Assembly (NCBI GenBank): GCA_046582655.1
Contig: JAYGDX010000264.1
Span: 1 to 28,356 of the forward strand
Direction: 5' to 3'
Origin: Candidatus Poribacteria bacterium
GTDB taxonomy: Bacteria > Poribacteria > WGA-4E > UBA9662
Length of the DNA stretch: 28,356 bases
A program made the position numbers and the translations under genes. This document shows positions 1-10,444 of this stretch, piece after piece; within the stretch, counting starts at the first letter, position 1; each line of letters opens with the position of its first letter. The notes beneath the pieces are model-generated. The model saw only the letters and a program-made list of their open reading frames with translations. It was not told where the DNA came from and made no database searches.

Positions 1-754
1 AGTAGGCCCATGGTGCTGCGTACTGCGATTGAAGGATATAGCGTGTACGGTCTGAGTTATTGGGTGCCCCACGATGCCAGCACATTGGATCTTGCAGATA
101 AATGTCACCGGCTTTACAAAATATGGAGACGGGGTTGTTGCCTTCAAACTCTGGATTTTCCTGATTGTTGGGGTTTCGACCGGAATAGTGGCTGACCGGT
201 ACGTATTGTGTCGGGCCGTGTTCAATCAGTTCAATATCGCTCAAGGCCATCTGCACTGTAAACCACATTACCCGCATTCGAATCCGCGGGTCATACTGTT
301 CAATACTGTCGGGTAAAGGGAAATGCACCTCTCCGTCAACATGCCAGCTGTCAATAGACAACCCCGGCTTGTTACGCAGGACATTCTGTCCACAAAACTT
401 GCAATTGGTTCCGACGATAGCTTCGGCCAAACTGAAGATCGGTTCACGGAGCAGCATGTCCCGAAACATCTGATCCAGTTCAATGGTATTTCTGAGGATA
501 AAGGGTAGATCCTCACCGGTTGTTTGATGTTTCCCCAACTGAACATACCTGACATCTGCAAGATTCGGATTGGTGCTTTCCATCAAATCTGGATCGTCGA
601 GCAGCTGGTCAGTCCTGTCTCGGAGGGTGGAGACTTCTTCCGGATTCAATACGTTTGGAATATACACATAACCATCACGGAAGAACTGCTCGGCAATCTG
701 TGTGGTCTTCTCTGGGCTGAAGGGTTGGCCAGCCATAATTGGGCTACTGGACAT
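1..754 (-). CDS. Phytanoyl-CoA dioxygenase (PhyH) family Fe(II)/2OG dioxygenase, 3' end outside window
   Basis: Not in the ORF track. Manual translation from ATG 754 (RBS AAGGAG): MSSSPIMAGQPFSPEKTTQIAEQFFRDGYVHIPNVL...WHVD...GPTQYVPVSH...KAGDIYLQDPMCWHRGAPNNSDRTR. Has the HxD...H triad and is open to the window edge. Confidence 0.9.
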   Translation of the reverse strand, partial: MSSSPIMAGQPFSPEKTTQIAEQFFRDGYVYIPNVLNPEEVSTLRDRTDQLLDDPDLMESTNPNLADVRYVQLGKHQTTGEDLPFILRNTIELDQMFRDMLLREPIFSLAEAIVGTNCKFCGQNVLRNKPGLSIDSWHVDGEVHFPLPDSIEQYDPRIRMRVMWFTVQMALSDIELIEHGPTQYVPVSHYSGRNPNNQENPEFEGNNPVSIFCKAGDIYLQDPMCWHRGAPNNSDRTRYILQSQYAAPWAY

Positions 755-967
755 GATAATTCTCCTTTATGTATCATAGATCTTGCCAAAAAAACTGCCA
801 TCTTGTGTTTGAAATGATATCATTATACCTTTCTAGCGAAACATATCAATACTGAACTCTAAATTTTACATTCAGCCTCACCGGTTGTTTCGAACCCCTT
901 GATCTATTTACAAAAGTCAATATAAAATTGCTGACACAGATCAGCTTACACGGTTAAGGAGGCAATC

Positions 968-2194
968 ATGGAAGTGAATCCAACGCAACTGCTCGAAAAT
1001 GGCTACATTATTTTACCACAGGTTATACCGCCTGAACAGTTAGACCATCTGCGTCACAGCTTTGAAACTCTGGTTGAACGGCAAAAAATTGTCTGGGCAG
1101 AAGAACGTAACCCTGAGGATCCACCCGGTGGTGTTTGGGAAACTAGCGCGCAACCGAGAGTTTTTTTCAATGAGGTAGTGGATCAAGCGACCGATGACAC
1201 GGTACAGTTTTGCCTGCACCAGAATACGCTGGGTGTCAGTCAACAACTTATGTCTGCCACGGACGTTGCCGTTACGCTGATGGCGTTGATGTGTAGTCCG
1301 GTTAAAGATCATGGACCAGCCAGTTGGCATCGTGATATTGATCCTGTGCATCAAGCACCCTTGAACGGGATGCAGATGGATATGATAAAAAACGCGCCCG
1401 GTTACGTACAATGGAACATCCCACTCTATGACGATAATGTGTTTTGGGTTGTGCCTGGTAGCCACCGTCGTCCCAACACAGCGGAAGAACATCAGCACCT
1501 GTTAACCCACTCCCAACAGCCATTTTCAGGCGGCATTCCCGTAGAACTGAAAGCCGGCGATGGTGTGGTCTACACCCATATTATGCTCCACTGGGGTAGC
1601 AACTACAGCACCAAACTGCGCCGAACCATTCATCTCGGTTACCGCGCTTTTGGCAGCCCGGTTTATCCAATTGTAAACCATTATTACTGGCAACCCGACT
1701 TTGCTAAGAAATTATCCAGTGGGATCGTCGATCAGTTTACTCATTTTTTTCAACTTCATTCCGCCCAGTGTGACTTAGTGGAATCGATCTTTCGGGCGGT
1801 AGCAGCCAAAGAGTCGGACCCCTTTCTGGAAGGGATCTACACTTTGCATCCGGGAGAAAAAGGAAGGATGGTTTGCCTGGTGTTCCTTTCCAAATTGGCG
1901 GATAAAGTACGGACTTTGAAACAGTCTGAAGTTCAGAAAATGTCAGTTGAGGAACGTGTCAGCGCAATTTCGGAGCACCGACTCAATTTCTATCTGTTTG
2001 AAGATTTTGCTCAACGTTTCACGGCAGATGAAGCTAATCTGATCTGGCAACGGTTTTCAATTCTCTATGACCTAATCCAAAAAGAAACCGATCGCGCGGT
2101 TTCGGATCTTTCATCCAGAGTTGAACGCTACCAACTGACTAACATGCCAGCCAATTTCGATTTGCCAGACTTTATCCAGAGTTGGGAAAATTGA
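968..2194 (+). CDS. PhyH family dioxygenase with C-terminal extension
   Basis: ENGYIIL start, WHRD, VVPGSH, LKAGDGV, MLHWGS..RR motifs. RBS AAGGAGG. Confidence 0.88.
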   Translation: MEVNPTQLLENGYIILPQVIPPEQLDHLRHSFETLVERQKIVWAEERNPEDPPGGVWETSAQPRVFFNEVVDQATDDTVQFCLHQNTLGVSQQLMSATDVAVTLMALMCSPVKDHGPASWHRDIDPVHQAPLNGMQMDMIKNAPGYVQWNIPLYDDNVFWVVPGSHRRPNTAEEHQHLLTHSQQPFSGGIPVELKAGDGVVYTHIMLHWGSNYSTKLRRTIHLGYRAFGSPVYPIVNHYYWQPDFAKKLSSGIVDQFTHFFQLHSAQCDLVESIFRAVAAKESDPFLEGIYTLHPGEKGRMVCLVFLSKLADKVRTLKQSEVQKMSVEERVSAISEHRLNFYLFEDFAQRFTADEANLIWQRFSILYDLIQKETDRAVSDLSSRVERYQLTNMPANFDLPDFIQSWEN

Positions 2195-2377
2195 TCGGTA
2201 CCTGACCGTGCAGATCTACTTCCACAGCACCATGCCGTCACCAATTGAACCAGATAGATAAACCAGAGCCGAGAAACAAAGGGAGACGCCTTTTTATCAA
2301 TGATGGCTTTCCGAGACATAATCTTGGTTAATTAATTTATCCTAGAGTTGAAATCATGTTGTGCTTGGCATCTCATT

Positions 2378-4270
2378 TCACCAAATGAATCGGTACATCG
2401 GTTTTTGCAGAAAGATACCCAGCAGCCCCCACATACTCCCGACCATGAATTCACCTAGGACTAACCCCAGAAAGAAAGGAGCAGCACGGCGATATGTTCT
2501 CAGACCGCTAAAGCGGAGGATAGACCACTTGATCAGGTAACTGATTAAGACTGAAAACCAGAAGAAGTTGACTGCCCAGGTGCCGGAGATGGCATATCCG
2601 ACTGGATACAGAGGCCACCAAAGAAGACGTAGCCGTACCAGCGTCATCAGGAAAGAGAAGATCAAGCCCCAGATCATTGCCGTGATGGCCGCTGTATCGA
2701 CTGGTCTGGGATTGTTCAGCCAACTTTGTGTTCGGTTAAAAATGGAACCTGACCACACCTCAATAGCACCAGATTGATAACCGATATGTAGCGCCACCCA
2801 AAAAGCTATTAGCGGACTGAGCACAATTGTCAGCATCACGGCGATGGAAAGCCGATGCGAAGGGATGCTTGTGCGTTCAGCCAACTTTAGTCCTTCCAGT
2901 TGATGCGGCATTGCATTTCCACGATAGGCACGGTTAAACGAGTAGACGAGTGAAAACAGGCTGAGGTTTCTGGCACCCAAAGTCCGCATACCGAAGATCT
3001 TGGGTAATATGACATCCGGGCCCATCGAACGCAGATCATGAATTGGAGGCCCCAACTCGGCCCGAACGCGGGTGATTACCGTTATGGTCATGAAATGGAT
3101 GATGATGGTGAGAATTGCCACCCAGAACGACATTCCTGCTGCCCACCAAAATCCGATTAGCAGGCACCCCCCAATGATCAACCCAAGCACAGCGAACCGG
3201 TAGGAGATCGGTTCCTGACCACGCCAGGCTTTGGCAATGACATAGCCTAGATGACGACGGCCACTCCACAACGTCATCAATAACACACCCAGGCAAACAC
3301 CAAACGATTGATCAAAGATAAAGGGAAACCCTGCAATCTGTTGAAGTCCCAGAGTGCTGCCGATAACCATCTCAAATTTCCAGAAGATATAAAAGAACCA
3401 GAAAGTGAAAGAAAGATCAAGTGGGATAAAATATGCCAATCCAATTACAAACGGGAAAATGACAATCGGTGTCCAACCAATTGCATCCCATGGTTTGGTG
3501 GAAAATAACGGACTGAGGTCATAAAATTCGCCCCCGAATCCAGGCAGAGATGGGTATAGAAAATGCAACCCGTTGAAAAAATCCATCCCTCCTGCCAGAA
3601 TGATTCCTGACCATAACCAGCGATTTTGGAAAAAATGTGGTGAAGTCAGTTGGTAAGGTAATTCGATAATCGGGTAGCTAAGTCGCTCTACTTCGATCCA
3701 CTGTTTCCGTAAGATGAGGTTGATGCAAAAAGCAGTAGACAGAAGCAGGCCAATGAATCCCGACCAGGAGAGGATCGGCCGCCACCATAATTGAAGATGC
3801 CGGGGCAAATACAGACTGGATTCGCCGGTAAAGTAAACAGTCAAACGGTTTTTGTCCGTCAACGCCAACCAGTCAGGCAAATACCGATGAAATAGAACTG
3901 CCCACTCATTTTCCTCAGATGCCAGCCAACCGACAGTTGAAATATTGGTAATGATGACCTCGAATAGATCGTGCCCGCAGATGGCTGAAGCAACAGACAA
4001 CATGGTATACAGCGTCAGCAATTCACCTTGGGTCAGTGCGTAAGACGGCAAAAGCCGTTTGATAGCGTAGTTCAATGTCACCAACAGTGTAATAATAAAG
4101 ATCACGTTGAAGAAAATCGACATTGTTGTGGGAAAACCCTGATCCCAGCGCAGCGAGGCGAAAACCCAGTAATTGTTGATAGGAACAAGTCCCAATCCAA
4201 TCCAGATTGCGTGCCATCGGATCTGCCGTGGATTCGGCTGAACAGGTACGGGTTTAATTGACCGATTCAT
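2378..4270 (-). CDS. Multi-pass membrane protein, DUF6785/DUF6784-like (putative peptide transporter-like)
   Basis: 630 aa with many TM segments. Motifs LRKQWIEVERLSYPI, IGLAYFIPLDLSF, RVRAELG, WWPLYPVGY, PFFLGLVLGE. Confidence 0.8.
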   Translation of the reverse strand: MNRSIKPVPVQPNPRQIRWHAIWIGLGLVPINNYWVFASLRWDQGFPTTMSIFFNVIFIITLLVTLNYAIKRLLPSYALTQGELLTLYTMLSVASAICGHDLFEVIITNISTVGWLASEENEWAVLFHRYLPDWLALTDKNRLTVYFTGESSLYLPRHLQLWWRPILSWSGFIGLLLSTAFCINLILRKQWIEVERLSYPIIELPYQLTSPHFFQNRWLWSGIILAGGMDFFNGLHFLYPSLPGFGGEFYDLSPLFSTKPWDAIGWTPIVIFPFVIGLAYFIPLDLSFTFWFFYIFWKFEMVIGSTLGLQQIAGFPFIFDQSFGVCLGVLLMTLWSGRRHLGYVIAKAWRGQEPISYRFAVLGLIIGGCLLIGFWWAAGMSFWVAILTIIIHFMTITVITRVRAELGPPIHDLRSMGPDVILPKIFGMRTLGARNLSLFSLVYSFNRAYRGNAMPHQLEGLKLAERTSIPSHRLSIAVMLTIVLSPLIAFWVALHIGYQSGAIEVWSGSIFNRTQSWLNNPRPVDTAAITAMIWGLIFSFLMTLVRLRLLWWPLYPVGYAISGTWAVNFFWFSVLISYLIKWSILRFSGLRTYRRAAPFFLGLVLGEFMVGSMWGLLGIFLQKPMYRFIW

Positions 4271-4544
4271 AATCTTTAACAGGCGTAAAAGGTAGAAAAA
4301 CCATTAAGATTCCACATTTTTTGATAGGTTTTGTCCACTTTTCCTATCGCACATAGGACACTACAATCCATTTTATGCAGCAGACAAAACAACGGTAGGT
4401 GAATATATAGCACTGGCAGTTTTCAGAACCCTATGTTATATGGGGCTATGCAGATAAGGCAAGAGATTTCCTTGAGACAACTCTGGGTAAAAAGGATGGG
4501 ATAACTAAGTCCACTTGAGGCTGTTAGATCTAAATGAATCTATG

Positions 4545-4870
4545 CCATAAAGTCAGTGACTAGCAATAGCAGCAAAATCCATATGGCGGTTGATCCCTTC
4601 AGTTGACCCATCGAGTTTGAAATAACAGGTGGACAGGTTCATGATTGCAAAGTAGCCCCGGGCTTATTCCAAGATCCTATCTGGTGATGCTGATAGGGAG
4701 TATGTGCCTCCCTAAGGGAACGAGTTAAGAAAGTGAATTCCACACCCCTTATTCTCAGAAAGAACAATTCAAAAAGGGGGAAATCAGGAGTTCGATTGGG
4801 ACCTTTACAATTTGGTTGTCATTATGAGTTGTCAATGGTCCTTAGACAGTTTGGGATTGCAACTAGCCAT
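4545..4870 (+). mobile_element. Degraded IS5-family (IS427-like) transposase remnant
   Basis: Fragments across frames: SNSSKIHMAVDPFS*PIEFEITGGQVHDCKVAP, ADREY, PLILRKNNSK, NQEFDWDLY, LRQFGIAT. These resemble the IS5 motifs TKIHLAVD..G.P...TGG..HD / ADKGYD / LK.FR.IATRY. Stops and frameshifts present; boundaries approximate. Confidence 0.75.
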
Positions 4871-5180
4871 TTATTGGTTTCCTCAGTGCGGATGTAGTTT
4901 TCGGTGTTGGCACTCTAACGATGATATCCCACTTCATTCCTACTTGCCGCTCCAACCAATCTGGTTGGGTGTGGGTCTTACGTTTTTTCTTGATAGATCC
5001 TATTTAAATTTGCGTTACCATTAAGTTAGAGATTATCGGGTTTATCAATTAGTCAGTTGCCTGAACTAGTAGTATGAAGGATTTAATCCTGCAGATGTTT
5101 ATCAGATCAAGAATGCTGAATCCGCAAATTGATGGTAGAATATCTGCATCATGCAATGCTATTTCTAGGAAGGACCGCGT

Positions 5181-6344
5181 TTGAAAATTTTGCATACAGC
5201 CGATTGGCACATGGGCGACTATCTCGGGCGGGTCGACCGAGGCGAGGAGATTATTCAATCACTTGAGAAGATCGACGGTTATCTGAAAACTTATAGTGTT
5301 GATGTTATGATTGTCGCCGGAGATCTCTTCAATTATCGAAATCGGCCAGCCCAAATTCAATCTTCCATTGGTAAAATAAAACGAATTTTTCTGCCGTTTT
5401 TACAATCGGGTGGAACAATCATCGCTGTTTCCGGTAATCACGACCACGAGATCTTCATTCAAGCGCTTCGTGACACGCTTGATTTGGCCATCGTTGAACG
5501 GGGTAGATTCCATCTGGCACCTGAACCGGAATCAATCTTGGTTGATGGCGTTCAATTCGCTTTGATGCCTTATCCAACGGCTCATGCTTATCTTTGCGGC
5601 AAAGCCTTGCACTATAAAACTGTAGCTGAAAAAAATAAGGCTATTCTTGATGGTTTTAAAGCTAAACTGGCTGAGATTCAATCGAGTCTCAATCCGCAAC
5701 TGCCAAAAGTTCTGGTTGCCCATATTCATGACATTGGTTCATCAGTTCGTGTCGCCTATCGAATGGCCGAAGGTGAGGAGGTGCTGATGGACGTCTCGAA
5801 TTTTGTCGATGACTGGGATTACGTCGCTTTTGGTCATATTCATAAACCACAGTACATCCGAGCCAGTCATGTCCGCTATTCGGGGTCTGTGGTTCGGCTG
5901 GATGCTGGTGAGATGGAGGATGACAAGAGCGTGGTACTGTTTGAAATTGATCCGCACGGGCTCGTGTCGGAGCCGGTTTTGTTGCCGATAGAGTGTGATC
6001 CTATTTACCGTATTGAAATTGACGAATCTGATATTAGCAATTTAGCCGCGATTTGCCATCCTTCCAGTAAAGCCTTGGTTCACTACACACTCAATTACAA
6101 TTCAATAGAACGCAACCACTATCAGATGGCTAAGGAAATTGAGAACATCCTTCCCAGATGGTATGGTCGTGAATTTGTCAACACAAATCAATTAAACCGA
6201 GAGAACATGGAAGAAAACCTGCAACGGATCGAAGATATCGCTGAAACTGTCAAAAAATACCTAGGCTCGAACTTGATCAACCATCCGCGGGGCAGGGAAA
6301 TCCTGCAACTTGTTGATCAATTGCTGGCGGAAGAAGGAATTTAG
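5181..6344 (+). CDS. sbcD: Exonuclease SbcCD subunit D (Mre11-like metallophosphoesterase)
   Basis: TADWHMG, AGDLF, SGNHD, VAH, FGHIHKPQ, RYSGS motifs. TTG start after AGGAAGGA. Confidence 0.93.
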   Translation: MKILHTADWHMGDYLGRVDRGEEIIQSLEKIDGYLKTYSVDVMIVAGDLFNYRNRPAQIQSSIGKIKRIFLPFLQSGGTIIAVSGNHDHEIFIQALRDTLDLAIVERGRFHLAPEPESILVDGVQFALMPYPTAHAYLCGKALHYKTVAEKNKAILDGFKAKLAEIQSSLNPQLPKVLVAHIHDIGSSVRVAYRMAEGEEVLMDVSNFVDDWDYVAFGHIHKPQYIRASHVRYSGSVVRLDAGEMEDDKSVVLFEIDPHGLVSEPVLLPIECDPIYRIEIDESDISNLAAICHPSSKALVHYTLNYNSIERNHYQMAKEIENILPRWYGREFVNTNQLNRENMEENLQRIEDIAETVKKYLGSNLINHPRGREILQLVDQLLAEEGI

Positions 6345-6345
6345 G

Positions 6346-8607
6346 ATGAATCCAATTCGCATCAAACTCGAAGGCTTCATGAGCTACAGGAATGAGACAG
6401 AACTGAATTTCGAGGATAAACCGATATGGGTATTGACCGGCGATAATGGTTCTGGTAAATCAGCTATTTTTGATGCGGTCACCTTCGCCCTTTATGGTAA
6501 AACCCAACGAAGTGTCAACAACAGCGATATGATTAACATTCATGCCGACCAATTTCTAATCGAATTTGATTTTAAGTCTGGAAAACGCGTGTATCGTATC
6601 CGAAAGACCGTGCCGAGAAAAGGAAGGGCAACCTACCAGGTCGTTGATCTTTATACTCATGAACCAGTACCTGATACCTCCAGCAAAGTTGGATTTGACG
6701 CTTGGGTAGCTAACGAAATCGGCATAGATCTGCAGACCTTTACTGCTTCTGTTCTGCTGGGGCAAGGGAATTCCGATTTACTCATCAGGGAAAATCCGGT
6801 TGAGCGGCATAAGATGCTAACGCAAATTGTTGATTTGTCCGCCTATCAGCGGTTATTTGAGCTAGCTGACAATAAACGGAAAGCTTCCGAAATTGGCAGA
6901 CACAAGGTTGAAGGGCAGATGGAAAATTGCTCACTGATCGACCAGAGCGAATTAGATCAACTCTCATCTGAGATTAGCGAACAAACCACTATGATGGAAC
7001 GGTTGCAGAAGCGCCAGGTTCATCTCTCTACCATAGCGGTTCAGGCCAAACAATGGGCACGTTTGACTCAGCAAAAATCCCAAATCATCCAATCAATGGG
7101 TGATGCCAAAGCTGTGATTGATAATGCTGACCAGATTGAAAAGAGTGGAAAAAGATTTGATTATCTTTCTAAGCATTTGCCAAAACTCAGCAAACTGGCA
7201 AAAGATCGTCAGAATCTCTCTCAAATTGACAGTCAAGCCCAGAAAAACACCCAGTTGATTGCGCAGGCGACTAAAGAATTAGGTGAATTGCGGCAAACGA
7301 AAGATCAGCTGAAAAACAAACGTAGCCAGGTTAAGGATTATTCTAGTCTATTAACAGAAGCGAAAACCTTGTGTGCAGAAGCTGGTCGGTTGTTGGAGCT
7401 ATTTCGCACGCTGGATGGTAAGTCAGGATGTAACGCATGCGGTCAGCCGTTAACGGCTGATCATTTTGAAACAGAACAGCAAAAACGAGAAAAGGTATTG
7501 AATGAGCATCAGCAAAGCGAACGCCAATTACAGGCACAACACAACCAATCGGTATCGTTACGTGCCAAGTTGGAGAAGGATCAGAAGACGGTTGAAGATC
7601 GGATTTCAAAGGCCGAAAATAGGTTAAGAGAAACCCAGTCAGGACTCGAATTGCTGGCTAGCAAGAAGGAGATGATAGCGCAGACAGTTACTGATCTTTT
7701 GGCAGAAATTCCAGCAGATATGCATCACCTAAATGTTGACGAATTGTCGTTGCTGCAAACCGAATACCAGTCTCTGAAAGGCATGGATCGGAAACTGGAG
7801 CAACTTCGACAGGTACAATTGGCACAGCAGAAAAACCAGATTCGTCTGGAACAGATCGTAGCTGATATGGCTGAAATCCCGGATGCAGCCAGAGTAGACG
7901 CTGGCCAACTTCAATTGGAGATGCGGCAGATCGAGGGACGTTCAACTGAACTCAGTCGCAAATTGGAATCAATGCGATTGGAGCTAGAAAAGAAAAGACA
8001 TCAACGTCACCAACATCAGAAGCTACAACAGCAATTGGAAAAAGTTTCTCTACAAGCAGGTCTCTACAAGGATTTATCAACACTTCTGGGGCGGGATAAA
8101 CTGCAACGTTATTTGCTACGTCAAGCAGAACTCGGAATTGTCGAAAATGCCAATCGAGTGCTGGACCGAATATCTTCTGGCACAATTCGACTCAGCCTTC
8201 GGCAAGAGTATCAGGATGCCGATAGTGGACAGGAAAAGGCGCTTGATCTGGTAGCGCATAACAGCAGCCTGGTAGATGAATCGGGTTCGGACGCAAGCAA
8301 TACGCTAATTCCGGTCTCACTGCTGAGTGGTTCTCAGCGTTTCCGCGTCAGCGTGGCATTAGCTTTGGGAATTGGCCAATACACCAGTAAACATAAAAGA
8401 AATCTGGATACTGTCATCATTGATGAAGGATTTGGTTCTCTTGATGAAGCTGGCAGGCGCGAACTGATAGATGAATTGCAGAACCTGACTGGATTGTTAG
8501 ATCGAATAATTTTGGTTACCCATCAGGAGGAGATCGCTAGAGCCTTTCCTAACGGATACCGGATAAGGCTGGAAAACGGATCCTCAAAAGTTTCATTGAT
8601 CGAATAA
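6346..8607 (+). CDS. sbcC: Exonuclease SbcCD subunit C (Rad50/SMC-like ATPase)
   Basis: ATG 1 bp after the sbcD stop. Walker A GDNGSGKS, central zinc hook CNAC, coiled coils, signature LSGSQ, Walker B/D-loop IIDEGFGSLD, VTHQ. Confidence 0.93.
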   Translation: MNPIRIKLEGFMSYRNETELNFEDKPIWVLTGDNGSGKSAIFDAVTFALYGKTQRSVNNSDMINIHADQFLIEFDFKSGKRVYRIRKTVPRKGRATYQVVDLYTHEPVPDTSSKVGFDAWVANEIGIDLQTFTASVLLGQGNSDLLIRENPVERHKMLTQIVDLSAYQRLFELADNKRKASEIGRHKVEGQMENCSLIDQSELDQLSSEISEQTTMMERLQKRQVHLSTIAVQAKQWARLTQQKSQIIQSMGDAKAVIDNADQIEKSGKRFDYLSKHLPKLSKLAKDRQNLSQIDSQAQKNTQLIAQATKELGELRQTKDQLKNKRSQVKDYSSLLTEAKTLCAEAGRLLELFRTLDGKSGCNACGQPLTADHFETEQQKREKVLNEHQQSERQLQAQHNQSVSLRAKLEKDQKTVEDRISKAENRLRETQSGLELLASKKEMIAQTVTDLLAEIPADMHHLNVDELSLLQTEYQSLKGMDRKLEQLRQVQLAQQKNQIRLEQIVADMAEIPDAARVDAGQLQLEMRQIEGRSTELSRKLESMRLELEKKRHQRHQHQKLQQQLEKVSLQAGLYKDLSTLLGRDKLQRYLLRQAELGIVENANRVLDRISSGTIRLSLRQEYQDADSGQEKALDLVAHNSSLVDESGSDASNTLIPVSLLSGSQRFRVSVALALGIGQYTSKHKRNLDTVIIDEGFGSLDEAGRRELIDELQNLTGLLDRIILVTHQEEIARAFPNGYRIRLENGSSKVSLIE

Positions 8608-8719
8608 CTTACCTTCAAGTTCCTAGCAAAATATTTTCCCTATCTTGTCCCGTTGTTTTGCTGATTCCTCTTGCCTGGTTTCTAACAGCTGCAAAATTTT
8701 GCCTATAATCTTTCCTCCT

Positions 8720-8752
8720 TCGACATCCATTGACGACGTTGCTGTATAGAAT
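8720..8752 (+). promoter_or_regulatory. Putative WYL-activator box plus -10 element upstream of sigma factor gene
   Basis: TCGACA-tccat-TGACGA-N10-TAGAAT. Confidence 0.65.
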
Positions 8753-8812
8753 ATGAACCATATTTTAGAATAGCATTGCTTAAATCTTCCTCACCTATGG
8801 AGATGAATAGAC

Positions 8813-9965
8813 ATGAATACACCTAGTATAAAAAGGGAATTTGTCGGACAACCAACAGGTGAACCTTTAGCCATAGATAGATCAGTGGAGTCTAATATGC
8901 TACTCACACTTTCTGGAACTGGAGATAGAGACTATTATTTTACTCAGATTGGTTGCTTCAACTGATTAACGGTGAAACATGAAAAACAGTTATTCCAAAA
9001 ATTCTCTCAAGTTCGTCAGGATGTCCACGAGATGTTTGACCAGTTTCCCAAATCTGTCACAGAGGTTGCTAGACCGAATGACGGCAATAAACCCGGTAGG
9101 GAGAGATCAAGCCGATGGTGGTGGGAACCAATGGAACTGCCAACTATTCTACCAAAGATTGAACAGCAACTGGACGAAAATGGGATTCAATACATCTTGT
9201 GGCGGAAATTTTTTCGTAAGTGCAAACAAATTCTCTCTATTCAAAATACGATTGTCAACGCTAATCTCCGATTAGTGGCTTCCGTCGCCAGAAAAGAATA
9301 TGGTGAAAGCGTAGTACTGTCAGCACATGACCTGCTACTACAAGAAGGTGTCATCGGTATGATCAAAGCTATCGGTAAATTTGATGACTCATATGGCAAC
9401 CGATTTAGCACCTATGCCACCCCTGGATACGGCAAACTATAAGGCGTGCTATCGAAAATCAGGCTGACCAGGTTCGAGTCCCTGTCTACATTTCGGAAGA
9501 ACGTAGGAAACTTCAAAAGATTAAGGATAGGCTTCAGCAGAGAACAAATAAATCTATTACCATCGATGAAATTGCTGAGGAGGCCGATACTAGCCTTAGC
9601 CGGATCTACGAGGTTCTGGGAAGTCAAATGGCATACGTCTCATTGGAATCCTCCAGTGGTCAAGGTGATAACTCGTTTAGCTATAAAGACACACTGATAG
9701 ACAAGATGTATATCGACCCATTGCGACAATTGATTGTTCGTGAAAGGAAACACACTGTTCAAGTGGTTGTCGATTCACTTCGTTCTCAGGAAACGGCTGT
9801 TGTCAGACTTCGTTACGGTATGGACGACCGGGTTGTGAACATTCCTATGCTGAAATTGGCAGGAAACTGAACTTGAACCGTGAACGGGTACGGGAAATTG
9901 CCAACCGAGCCCTGCAAAAGATGCGACGTGATCATAAACTGAATCAACTTTGCCAATTGATCTAA
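8813..9965 (+). pseudogene. Sigma-70 family (group 2/3, RpoD/SigA-like) RNA polymerase sigma factor, disrupted
   Basis: Region 1.2 DYYFTQIGCFN*LTVKHEKQL with in-frame TGA at 8963-8965. Region 2 NLRLVASVARK..DLLLQEG..G..KA..KFD..GNRFSTYAT. Frameshift in the C4 run at ~9420 restores WIRQTIRRAIENQADQVRVP. Second frameshift at ~9829 restores region 4 EHSYAEIGRKLNLNRERVREIANRALQKMR, ending at TAA 9965. Confidence 0.88.
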
Positions 9966-9979
9966 CAAAAAATACGACC

Positions 9980-10013
9980 TTCGACATCACCTGTCGAAAG
10001 TGATACTTATAAT
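9980..10013 (+). promoter_or_regulatory. Putative WYL-activator box plus -10 element upstream of ssb
   Basis: TTCGACA-tcacc-TGTCGAA perfect dyad; TGTCGA-N10-TATAAT. Confidence 0.75.
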
Positions 10014-10039
10014 AAAACAATAAATTAGGAGGTATTACA

Positions 10040-10444
10040 ATGCCAAATTACAACAAAACCATTCTCATGGGTCGTATCACCCACGAACCCGAACTGAAAA
10101 CCTTGTCATCAGGAACAATTAGTATCTCCACTGGTATGGCAATCAACCGTAACTGGACGGACAAGGAAACTGGTGATAGGCGTGAAGAGGTCTGTTTTGT
10201 TGACCTACAGGCTTTTGGCCAAAACGCCCAAATCATTCACCAGTATTTCACCATTGGCACGCCTATCCATGTGGAAGGAAGGCTTCGCTACCGAACTTGG
10301 GAAACACCGAATGGTGAGAAGCGATCAAAGCATGATGTTCTGGTTGATACTTTTCAGTTTGTTGAAAGTCTCAATAAAGATCGGCATAATGGAGGTACTC
10401 ATATTGATGTTGCCACCATTGCCAATGACGAAATACCCTTCTAG
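10040..10444 (+). CDS. ssb: Single-stranded DNA-binding protein
   Basis: NKTILMGR..PELK..AINRNW..FVD..AFG..VEGRLRYRTWET OB fold. Acidic tail NDEIPF. RBS AGGAGG. Confidence 0.95.
   Translation: MPNYNKTILMGRITHEPELKTLSSGTISISTGMAINRNWTDKETGDRREEVCFVDLQAFGQNAQIIHQYFTIGTPIHVEGRLRYRTWETPNGEKRSKHDVLVDTFQFVESLNKDRHNGGTHIDVATIANDEIPF

Noticed and set aside
10..817. Short ORFs listed in the track
   Set aside because: They are shadows of the minus-strand PhyH gene at 1-754.
2128..2319. 63-aa minus-strand ORF
   Set aside because: It overlaps the PhyH 3' end and has no recognisable motif or RBS.
6310..6345. Longer sbcC start given in the track
   Set aside because: It overlaps sbcD; ATG 6346 gives the typical MNPIRIKLEGF start.
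8963..8965. In-frame TGA as selenocysteine or recoding
   Set aside because: This is not a catalytic Cys position, and TGA is used as a normal stop throughout the window.
9415..9835. Programmed frameshifting or phase variation of the sigma gene
   Set aside because: There is only a C4 run and no slippery heptamer, and an additional in-frame stop is present. Decay or error is the simpler explanation.
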